Origin: a virus
IMG/VR virus record: IMGVR_UViG_3300028608_000012
Span: 1 to 64,000 of that record
Length of the DNA stretch: 64,000 nt
Strand: one strand, 5' to 3'
Shown: positions 55,979 through 64,000 of the stretch, in pieces
Position numbering within the stretch: the stretch's first letter is position 1
How the letters are laid out: each line of letters opens with the position of its first letter
Notes under the pieces: model-generated
The model's input: only the letters and a program-made list of their open reading frames with translations
Databases searched by the model: none
Told to the model about the DNA's origin: nothing
Position numbers and translations under genes: made by a program

Positions 55979-56887
55979 TTAACCCAGGTAGTCGCCTGCC
56001 TCGGCCGCTACGGTTGCTTTCGCCGCCGTCATGCGTTCGATGGTACCAGCGTTGGTCAGGTTTTCCAGAACCGAAGTACGTTCCTGGAAGCCAGCCGGCG
56101 CAGTTACCGCGTCAGGGTTGAACAGTGGGAGCAGTTGCAGCATTTTGCGAGCGATCTGTTTCACCGCGAGGGTGTCCATTTCGATCACGCCGGTGAATTC
56201 CATCTCGATAGAACGGATCTGGTTTTCATCGGCTTTGTTGCGCTTGATCTCGATCGGAACGGTCGTGGTCGGCTGACCGGCAACCAGGATAGCAGCGTGA
56301 GCTACGTCCTTCATGTTGCGGGTTGGCTCGAAGTAGATCGCCGAGTACGAGGTGTCGTCGAGCAGCATGTCTCCCGGATCGTCCAGGATGACCATCTTGG
56401 CGTTCAGGATCTCAGGATCCATAACACCCCAGCGCGACCAGGTCTTCAACATGTGAGTGAAGACTTCACCTTCCACGTCGTAGGCCTTGTGAGTCACGCT
56501 GCCCAGGCTACGAGTAGCGCCGGTAGCGACGGACATTTTGTGACCTGTCCACTCCATCGAACCGAAGTTGATTTCTGTGGAGTCACGGATGCCGCTCCAT
56601 TCCTGCGAACGGTTCTCGAAGAACGCCTTGCACAGGGAATGGAGTTTGTTGCCGCCTGGGAGACGGGAGAAGAAGGCCGGGGTGCTCAGAACGATACACC
56701 AGCCCTGTTGAGACACATGTGGCTGGGCCGACATGTACTCGAAGATGTTGCCTGCCCAGCCGTACATGCCACCGGCGTCGCCATCGATGACTGGACGGTT
56801 ACCGAGGTCCAAGGCCTCGACAAACGGGTCACTCGTTGGCATCAACGTGGTGTCTGTACGGTGCGGGTAGTTAGTATCAGCAGCCAT
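55979..56887 (-). CDS. Tail tube protein (phiKZ gp30-like)
   Basis: 302 aa directly downstream of the sheath; W...G.MDP and YFEP motifs. Confidence 0.8.
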   Translation of the reverse strand: MAADTNYPHRTDTTLMPTSDPFVEALDLGNRPVIDGDAGGMYGWAGNIFEYMSAQPHVSQQGWCIVLSTPAFFSRLPGGNKLHSLCKAFFENRSQEWSGIRDSTEINFGSMEWTGHKMSVATGATRSLGSVTHKAYDVEGEVFTHMLKTWSRWGVMDPEILNAKMVILDDPGDMLLDDTSYSAIYFEPTRNMKDVAHAAILVAGQPTTTVPIEIKRNKADENQIRSIEMEFTGVIEMDTLAVKQIARKMLQLLPLFNPDAVTAPAGFQERTSVLENLTNAGTIERMTAAKATVAAEAGDYLG

Positions 56888-56900
56888 AACTACTTACTCC

Positions 56901-59072
56901 TTACGAGTTGGCCAGATCTTCTTCGTTGTAGGCGAAGAGGTCCAGGTTCATCATGTACTTACCCTTGTTGAAGTAAGCATGGGCGATGGTGTTCATCACA
57001 GCACGACCACCCGGCTGGGTTTCGTCGTAGCTTGGTACGAACGTGATGGACTTGCACAGGCCACCGAGGCGATCGCGGCACTTACGCTCCGCGCCGTCTT
57101 TGAAGTTCGCCACGTAGTCGGAAGCCGACAACGAGGTGTCACCGCAGACGTTGTTCCACTCGTCTTGTGCAATCTTTTCGATGCACACGCAGAGGAAGTT
57201 GGTGACCAGGTCCTTCAGCACGGAATCCGCGTTCGGGTACAGGGTGACCAGGGACGGACGGAACAGCGTTTCCACGTTGCGCGGACGCAGAGTGATACCG
57301 CCGTTGATGAAGTTGTCACCGGCAACGAAGTCTTCCTCGAACTCGATGTTAGGCGAGTGCATGGTACGCAGGTTGCGGTTGTCCTTGCTGTCCGGACTGA
57401 ACGCTGCACGGATCACACCAGCGCCGTTACCGGCGAACAGTGCGAACGCGTAAGCCAGGTCGAGGTTACCCGACATTGCTTCGCCGCTCTTCTCGTCGAT
57501 CACATACGCTTCGATGAGGTTGATGGACGAACGGCAGGACGGAGTCCCCCAGTAAGTCGATTCCGGGAACAGCTTGGCTTGCGCGGACAGCGAAGTGAAT
57601 CGCGAGTACACGTCGGCCAGGGTGTTGGTCTTGCCAGGCACGTACACCGTCGCATCAGGGATAACGATGATGTCTTTACGGCTGGCCAGCAACTGCACCG
57701 CGAGGTCTTTAACTTCCTGGGAGAAACCAACGTCCCAGTAGAAGGATTGACGGTTCTTGGTGTAGTTCTTGGTCTCGGTGCCCGCGAGGTACTCGGTCAT
57801 GTCCAGAGCCATCAGCTTGTTGTTCACTTGCCAGGCTTGTTCACTTGTGATCGGGTACTTGGCGTTGGCCAAGACGTTGAACGGATCGTCGACTGGATCA
57901 ACGACCACGTACTCCGGCAGCTCGCCATCGGCGTTCAGGAACGGAGATACGCCACCGGTGGCTTTAACCGAACCGGTCATGTCCCAGGACACAGCGCCGG
58001 CGTTAACCAGAGAGAAGTACGGGGCACCAGTGTGGTTCACGCAGGTGAACGGGTTCATCTGCTGGTACGGGAACTGGCTGGTATCAACCAGAGTGGTGTT
58101 GTTCGGCTCTTCGACCGCGTACATTGCCTGGCACAGCGCAGTGATCGAGTCTTCGTAAACGTGAACCGAGTTGAACGGTTGCTGAACAGGAACAACCTTA
58201 CGGTTGACGTTCGTGCCGGTGAACTGACCGAAGCCGTCCTTGATGCCGTACTTGGTCTTGTTCAGTTCAGTCTTGAACAAGGTGTAGGTAACGGTTTCCA
58301 GACGTTTTGGCGTCTTGGAGAACGAACGAGAACCAGCTTCGGTCTCGGTGAACATCTTCAGGTCGAACGGGAATACACCCGTAGCAACTACGAAGTCCGA
58401 GATTTGACGCCAGTTGAGCGCGTTGTCCGGAACACCGGTCACCAGGCCGCCGCGGTTGTAGACGTCACCCACACCGGCTACCGCTTCGTAAAGCGGGTAA
58501 ACGATGGTCTCAGGGATAGCCGGGATTTGGCCGTTGGCCGGAACAGCGGCGATGGTACGACGCTGGAGGGCGCCAACCGCAACACCTTTCTTCGCTTCAG
58601 GATCAGGTTTGATCTCGATGCTCAGTGCGGTGGTGAACGATTCGCCGGTTGGAATCTTCTTCCCTTCTGCGTCACGCTTGAACTTGCCGGCCAGGTCACG
58701 CTCGTAGTCTGGCAGAGTCACCAGCTGAACGAACGCAGAGATCGCCACACGGGCAACTTCTTTGTTGGCAGACAAACGACGAACACCGATGGCCGCTTGT
58801 TGGCCCAAAGCGAGCTGAGAGATCAGCGCGGCGTTCGGGTTGTAGAACGGGGTGTTGTGGTCGAAAACGTTACCGAATTTCTTTTGAAAGTCGGAAGTGG
58901 CGATCCACTGAGTACCTTTGTCGTCAGCCAGATCACCCACGGGGGTCACCATGGAAATCACTGGAAGGTGCAGCGGATACGTCGGCTCGGAGATGGTGTA
59001 ATCGGGGATCGACTTGTCGTTGATACCACGATTATTCACTTTCCCCGGAATGATGCTGTTAAGAACAGTCAT
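56901..59072 (-). CDS. Tail sheath protein (phiKZ gp29-like)
   Basis: 723 aa; GINDKS, PLHLP, YWDVGFS...K, FPESTYWGTPSCR motifs. Confidence 0.88.
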   Translation of the reverse strand: MTVLNSIIPGKVNNRGINDKSIPDYTISEPTYPLHLPVISMVTPVGDLADDKGTQWIATSDFQKKFGNVFDHNTPFYNPNAALISQLALGQQAAIGVRRLSANKEVARVAISAFVQLVTLPDYERDLAGKFKRDAEGKKIPTGESFTTALSIEIKPDPEAKKGVAVGALQRRTIAAVPANGQIPAIPETIVYPLYEAVAGVGDVYNRGGLVTGVPDNALNWRQISDFVVATGVFPFDLKMFTETEAGSRSFSKTPKRLETVTYTLFKTELNKTKYGIKDGFGQFTGTNVNRKVVPVQQPFNSVHVYEDSITALCQAMYAVEEPNNTTLVDTSQFPYQQMNPFTCVNHTGAPYFSLVNAGAVSWDMTGSVKATGGVSPFLNADGELPEYVVVDPVDDPFNVLANAKYPITSEQAWQVNNKLMALDMTEYLAGTETKNYTKNRQSFYWDVGFSQEVKDLAVQLLASRKDIIVIPDATVYVPGKTNTLADVYSRFTSLSAQAKLFPESTYWGTPSCRSSINLIEAYVIDEKSGEAMSGNLDLAYAFALFAGNGAGVIRAAFSPDSKDNRNLRTMHSPNIEFEEDFVAGDNFINGGITLRPRNVETLFRPSLVTLYPNADSVLKDLVTNFLCVCIEKIAQDEWNNVCGDTSLSASDYVANFKDGAERKCRDRLGGLCKSITFVPSYDETQPGGRAVMNTIAHAYFNKGKYMMNLDLFAYNEEDLANS

Positions 59073-59190
59073 GGAGAACCTCGTAGATGTCCTGTTTGTG
59101 GGTCCTAAAACAATCGTATGCTAGCCATTTCTGGGCCGTACAGTGTGTTATACCACTGGCACATAACATGTTATTTTTAGAGGTAACCTC

Positions 59191-60069
59191 ATGCTGATCA
59201 ACGCCTATGACACCACGGTCGGGAAACCCTTCAAGGCCACTGACAAGGTTGAGAGTACTATCAAGACCCTTCATGTGACCCGCAATCTCACCCCGACGAA
59301 GAAGCCTGGGGTGTTTGTAATTACTCATGAAACCGATCTCCCTATTCCCGTTTTCGCCTTTCCAATCACCATGGAAGGGTTCAATCGTCAGATGATCACC
59401 GTCTATGACGAACGTCCATTCCGCAACAAAAGCAACGCCATTGTAAACCAAAACGAAATCACCATCATGCGCTTGGCAGCGTTCCTGCAACACGACGTAG
59501 CCGAAGGTGATGTGGTTCCGTTGAAGAACTGCCGACTGATGGCGACCAAGGCGTTTGCTGAAGCTTTCGGTAGCCGCCTGATCAAACGTGCTGGTCTGGA
59601 CGTTAACGCCGGCATGACCATCAAGGTGCTGCTGGCGTACTTCATGATCTGCACTCAGGAAGATGTAACCACCGATCTCGAGCTGTTGGCCTTGAACGTA
59701 ATCCGTTCGATCTACGGCACCGAGAAAGGTTACATCCTGGGTATCGTTGAAGGCCTGCCGAAGATGTCTACGCTGCAAGACCTCTACGAAGCCATCCGTG
59801 CTAACCCTGTGCTGTATCAACTCAAGGGTGTGGAGTTCAAGGACTTCATGGCTCTGCTGGGTGGCATCACGTTCATGGCACTGGGCAGCAAGATCATCAT
59901 TGCCGCCGCTGAAGCACCGTCGTTGTTTACTGCATTGGTGTATGGTGCAGCTCGTTACAAACTGTATGCCAAGACCCCGTTGGGGATGGCGTTGGATCCT
60001 AAATACAACAAGGGTGTACTGGAGTCGTTTACCAAACACATCGACTACACCTACGACCTCAACGGGTAA
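59191..60069 (+). CDS. Virion protein (phiKZ gp28-like)
   Basis: 292 aa; AYDTT N-terminus; divergent from the sheath gene. Confidence 0.65.
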   Translation: MLINAYDTTVGKPFKATDKVESTIKTLHVTRNLTPTKKPGVFVITHETDLPIPVFAFPITMEGFNRQMITVYDERPFRNKSNAIVNQNEITIMRLAAFLQHDVAEGDVVPLKNCRLMATKAFAEAFGSRLIKRAGLDVNAGMTIKVLLAYFMICTQEDVTTDLELLALNVIRSIYGTEKGYILGIVEGLPKMSTLQDLYEAIRANPVLYQLKGVEFKDFMALLGGITFMALGSKIIIAAAEAPSLFTALVYGAARYKLYAKTPLGMALDPKYNKGVLESFTKHIDYTYDLNG

Positions 60070-60074
60070 ACATC

Positions 60075-62744
60075 ATGGGTATTCGTGGACCGGAAGATAA
60101 TACACCGCTGGTCAAATACACGGACGATCGACTCTGGTCTAATCCGGAAGAAAACCAGCAGTACCAGGTAAAGCTTAATCGCATTACCGAAGAGTACGGT
60201 TACAGTAACAACTTCAGCTACATGAACAAGTGGCGGACTGTGCCGAAGAAGAATACCTTCTACCACGTGTTCTCGGCGGGGGGTTTGCATCCTGGGTTCT
60301 GGAACTTCAAGAACAACACCTTGCGTCGTAACCCGCTGGATCGTTGGGTAAACCTGGGGCTGTTGTGTAAGTCTCGAGGTTTGCTGACCGACGTGTATTC
60401 GACTAAGGGCTACATGCAGAGTCGCAGTCACTGCTGGATCATGGTTACCTACGACGGGCTGGTGCTGATCGCTATCGAGAAGTTGACCAAGACCCTGATT
60501 CTTGATGGCGACGACATGCACTTCCGCTGCTACACCCCTTCGGTGTTGGTGGACAAGAGCGATGCCGTTATCAATGAGACCGGTAACCCGTACATCTTCG
60601 AAAGCTGTGTGTACGAGAACCCTGGGGAGTACAGCGTATTCCTCGGTCGTTATAACGCTGTGAAGGCACGTCCTGGTTATACCGGGCTGTTCCATAACGG
60701 TGTGACGATCAATGGTACTCCTACGGCGGTCACCCCCATTGCACCGGGTGACGTGATTGAGTTCTGGCATGACCCGACGGTGATAGGGACGAAGCTGTAT
60801 TCATACAACACCTTGCAGGCGTTCTATTCCGAACTCGACCTGAAGAACAAGGTCATCCTTCACCCACCGAAGATCAAGGGCGACTTCACCCTCCGTTACT
60901 TCGACGACAACGATTACTTCCTTGTCGGCAAGAAGTCCCATGCACTGTACATCCACCGTAACGCCGAGTCGACGGTTCGCCAGTTAACTCATGCGGATGT
61001 GGCCATTGCGGATGACGTGATTCGGACGGCCTGTAACTTCCACCCTGATCTGTCTGCTATTGCATCCAACAAGATCCTGGTGTTGATTCGCAAGACCAAC
61101 TGGGAGTTCCAGTGGCCTCATGAGCATCAACGTATCCGTTACCTGTACCGGATGCCTGATGCGGACATCATGAAAGCCATGGTTGACGCTCGGGCTAATA
61201 TGCCGGAATGGACTGCCAAGCAATTGGAACAAGGTCCGGTGATGTCTCTGCTGCGTAAACAGTGGAAGAACGTTAAGCGTGAAGACGCGATCCTGTCGGT
61301 AGGCTACAACGCCGCCACACGCGTTCTGAGCGAGACGCCGGTTCGAGCGACCTACGAGTTGGGTAGTCGAGGTGTCGACGTCCCTGTGACCTACCAGGGG
61401 GCCTGTACAGCCTGGGAGCATGATGCCAACGGCAAGTTGCTGGAATGGCGCAACATGACGGGTATCCTGTACTACTCGCCGAAGAACCCGGCCTGTGCCA
61501 TGGTAGAGTTTACCATGGGGTCGACCGGCCGTGACCTGGACATGCGTATCACCAACCAGGACGTGGCGGTTACCAAAGACTGGGACTACCAGGTCTACAT
61601 CGTCAACTGGAACATCAACATCCAGGATATCGTCGGTCCTTGGACCAATGTCACTGGCGACGTGACCAAGTATCGGATCGAAAACGGTACGTTGGTGTGG
61701 ACAGGTCTGGATCGTGTCAACAAGCGTGGCATCCTGATCAGCAACAAGAAGATCCTGGGCTACAAGTTCCAACTGGAACACATCGACCACAGTTTGGCGT
61801 TTGCTATCACGGACATCTATCCTGATGGTGGGCATCTGACTGGGCTGACGTGGGCGCAGATCGACATCTGGGTTAACGGGCATCCGTTGATTGATAAGGT
61901 TGACTGGATCTACGACGACCAGTACTGCTACATCAACAACAAGGAGTTCCTCGTAGATGGCCCTCAAGATATTGTTGTGCGCGCTATGGGGCTCGGTAAA
62001 GATGTGGTGCTACCGAACTCTGACACCGAACTCGGATTTGTGGATGGCGGTGTTATTGGCCGCGTTGACCGTTACAATCTGCGTGGTGATCGAGTCACTC
62101 GTACGGTTATCAATGGAGCCCTTTACCTGACCGATGAAGTACCACGGGCAGAGCGAGACGTTCCGGATGACATTGCTAACCCGCTAAACGGTAGACCGTA
62201 CATGGTTAAACATGTCTGGTGTCCGATTCGATTTGTGGAGGATCACAACCAACTCCCTTATCGTCAGCGCAGCCGGGATGTTGACCAACGGGTCAGTGAT
62301 TACCTCACGCTGTGGTTGGAAAAGCCACGGAACAACGCTGAGGAGATTCACTGGGAAAGCGGGGACCCTCTACGTCCGAACGGTTCTGGTGTAGCGGTTA
62401 TCGCGAACCTGCAAGACAAGTATCGGTTGTATAGCCCGTTTATGAACGTCGTGGTAAACGGCGTGCTGAATGGCTTGATCAGGCTGCCGAATAAGACGAG
62501 TGGGGAGACTTACTACAGCGACCAGGACGTACAGGATGCGGTTAGACCTTACCTCTGGTGGTTGCGGTACGATCCAATCGTGCTGAACTACGATCGTCGT
62601 TACTTTGCGATCACACCGTTTGCAAACTTCGGTAAGCTGACGGTAACGGACAAACAACTCATTTTCTTCAAACAGGTGAACGACCTCTACCTGAGTTCGG
62701 TTACTGTGATTGAGGGCTATTTCGAGGTAACCCCTAATGTTTGA
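60075..62744 (+). CDS. Baseplate/tail structural protein (phiKZ gp27-like)
   Basis: 889 aa; W.NP...Q, HPPK, RQLTH.D, GYNA and LYSPF motifs; synteny. Confidence 0.7.
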   Translation: MGIRGPEDNTPLVKYTDDRLWSNPEENQQYQVKLNRITEEYGYSNNFSYMNKWRTVPKKNTFYHVFSAGGLHPGFWNFKNNTLRRNPLDRWVNLGLLCKSRGLLTDVYSTKGYMQSRSHCWIMVTYDGLVLIAIEKLTKTLILDGDDMHFRCYTPSVLVDKSDAVINETGNPYIFESCVYENPGEYSVFLGRYNAVKARPGYTGLFHNGVTINGTPTAVTPIAPGDVIEFWHDPTVIGTKLYSYNTLQAFYSELDLKNKVILHPPKIKGDFTLRYFDDNDYFLVGKKSHALYIHRNAESTVRQLTHADVAIADDVIRTACNFHPDLSAIASNKILVLIRKTNWEFQWPHEHQRIRYLYRMPDADIMKAMVDARANMPEWTAKQLEQGPVMSLLRKQWKNVKREDAILSVGYNAATRVLSETPVRATYELGSRGVDVPVTYQGACTAWEHDANGKLLEWRNMTGILYYSPKNPACAMVEFTMGSTGRDLDMRITNQDVAVTKDWDYQVYIVNWNINIQDIVGPWTNVTGDVTKYRIENGTLVWTGLDRVNKRGILISNKKILGYKFQLEHIDHSLAFAITDIYPDGGHLTGLTWAQIDIWVNGHPLIDKVDWIYDDQYCYINNKEFLVDGPQDIVVRAMGLGKDVVLPNSDTELGFVDGGVIGRVDRYNLRGDRVTRTVINGALYLTDEVPRAERDVPDDIANPLNGRPYMVKHVWCPIRFVEDHNQLPYRQRSRDVDQRVSDYLTLWLEKPRNNAEEIHWESGDPLRPNGSGVAVIANLQDKYRLYSPFMNVVVNGVLNGLIRLPNKTSGETYYSDQDVQDAVRPYLWWLRYDPIVLNYDRRYFAITPFANFGKLTVTDKQLIFFKQVNDLYLSSVTVIEGYFEVTPNV

Positions 62745-64000
62745 CCAATCCCCCTTGTCTAATGCGATTCAGGCAGTAGCAGGTACGAACATCAGCCCCT
62801 TCAACACAGGGGAACGCAAGAACTTCCACTACATCGAAAACGTCTACGACCCGGATATCCATCCGCCTAGTGACCTGACGAAGTACGTGGTTCCTCAGGA
62901 AGGGGAGTTGGTATTCGACACCTCTAACGGTGTCATCTACTTTGTGGCCAAGGTAGATTGGCAGGGTACCCTGAAGTCGACGCTGGTGCCTTGGCGCTTG
63001 CAGAACATCGACGAAGGTAACACCACCGATCAGGATTACATCTACGGTCTCCGCGGTGGTCCTATGGCTGGTGAAGCCCTGCTGTCGATCGACTACTCGG
63101 TCCGTCCAAACGTGGCGCGTGTGGATTCCACCATCATGCGTCCAGGTGCAGCGTATGCCTACGTCTACCTGGGCAGTGCTGCAATCGAGTCGAACATCAT
63201 CTCGGCTCAGTACGACCAGTCGTTGAACATGATCAGCAAGAAGGTTCCAGTCCAACTGGCGTTGATCAACGAATACACCAATATGTCGATCATGACCTCT
63301 GGTGCGTTCAGCGTGACCAAGAACGAAGAGGCACTGCCTGACGGTGAACGTGCCTGGCTGGTGTTCTTCGACGAGGGGAATAACTTCATTCCTCCTGCTC
63401 AGCCGTTGATGGTTCAGCATTCGTCGTACATGAAGGACCACAACATCGGCGTCAAGTACGTCACTGGTGTGGAACTGATCTCGCCTTGGTTCACTCGCAT
63501 CAACGATCCAGATCGTCTGATCATTCCAGTCAACGTGCAGTTGGCGTCGGTTGAACTGCGTGCTATCACGCATTACTCCGATGGTTCGACCTCTGCACCC
63601 GCTGCGGTCAACGGTGGCGAGTACAGCCTGTTGGGTGTGTCCGAGTATCGTCCGAAGTTCCCTGGTCAAACGGGTGATGTGGTTCTGGTCAAGAAATTGG
63701 CTGAGAACGAACAGCATTACATCGCACAGCCGGGTAACCCTGACTTCGTTCGTCATACCTACACCTTCGAGGCCGGTGCAGCCAAGGGTGCTTACAGCCC
63801 GCGGATCTTCTCCTACCCTCAGTGGGACGCGTCGCTCACGGGTTATCGCTTGCAGCATTACCTGTACGACCTGGACCGCAAGACGTTCATCGACGTCACC
63901 GCCGTTGTTACTTACAACGACAAGAGCCCGGTCTACAAGCCATCTGCGTATGGCCTGTCGCAAGCGTTGATCTTCAACATCAACCTGAAAGATGTCGCTC
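62737..64000 (+). CDS. Structural protein (phiKZ gp26-like), truncated by the window end
   Basis: ATG 62737 overlaps the previous stop; MFDQSPLSNAIQAVAGTNISPFNTGERKNF...; frame appears open to the window end. Confidence 0.7.
   Translation, partial: MFDQSPLSNAIQAVAGTNISPFNTGERKNFHYIENVYDPDIHPPSDLTKYVVPQEGELVFDTSNGVIYFVAKVDWQGTLKSTLVPWRLQNIDEGNTTDQDYIYGLRGGPMAGEALLSIDYSVRPNVARVDSTIMRPGAAYAYVYLGSAAIESNIISAQYDQSLNMISKKVPVQLALINEYTNMSIMTSGAFSVTKNEEALPDGERAWLVFFDEGNNFIPPAQPLMVQHSSYMKDHNIGVKYVTGVELISPWFTRINDPDRLIIPVNVQLASVELRAITHYSDGSTSAPAAVNGGEYSLLGVSEYRPKFPGQTGDVVLVKKLAENEQHYIAQPGNPDFVRHTYTFEAGAAKGAYSPRIFSYPQWDASLTGYRLQHYLYDLDRKTFIDVTAVVTYNDKSPVYKPSAYGLSQALIFNINLKDVA

Noticed and set aside
56979-59108. 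Long antisense ORFs over the sheath and other genes (also 10086-11126, 13997-15403, 39420-41315, 41325-43106, 44770-46254, 48160-49071, 62734-63963)
   Set aside because: In-register shadows expected when sense genes avoid TTA/CTA/TCA codons; no independent signals
59100-59190. TATG late-promoter candidates near the sheath and other late genes
   Set aside because: A 4-nt motif cannot be told from background without TSS data
1-64000. tRNA or rRNA genes
   Set aside because: No cloverleaf or rRNA-like segment seen in the short intergenic gaps; a tRNAscan-SE run would be needed to exclude them formally

Overview
This 64-kb window looks like part of a phiKZ-related jumbo myophage genome; the gene order fits the EL/OBP branch best. 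That assignment and all 'gpNNN-like' labels are inferred from motifs and remembered synteny, not from a database search. Recognisable core genes: three split virion RNA polymerase subunits (beta 39456-43835, beta' catalytic part 37835-39451, beta C-terminal part 22754-23434), tail sheath and tube, baseplate-type proteins, prohead protease, a 2677-aa tail-associated lysin, a modular endolysin, UvsX/RecA, an SNF2-type helicase with an Ala-starting class 3 intein, thymidylate kinase, a Nudix-type hydrolase and a collagen/foldon tail fibre. Two accessory clusters of small genes (about 5.7-10 kb and 49-56 kb) sit behind phiKZ-type TATATTAC early promoters. The main leads are: (1) a probable overprinted +1-frame membrane-protein gene hidden in the RNAP beta linker, upstream of the endolysin (holin or pilin-mimic candidate); (2) a tail lysin carrying both a GH19 domain and an M15-type Zn-peptidase domain; (3) apparent pseudo-enzymes (RNase H-like and HD-like proteins lacking catalytic residues); (4) a duplicated 65-bp terminator-plus-promoter cassette; (5) an early promoter embedded in a long inverted repeat with alternative leader folds. 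I saw no tRNA, rRNA or CRISPR array by eye.
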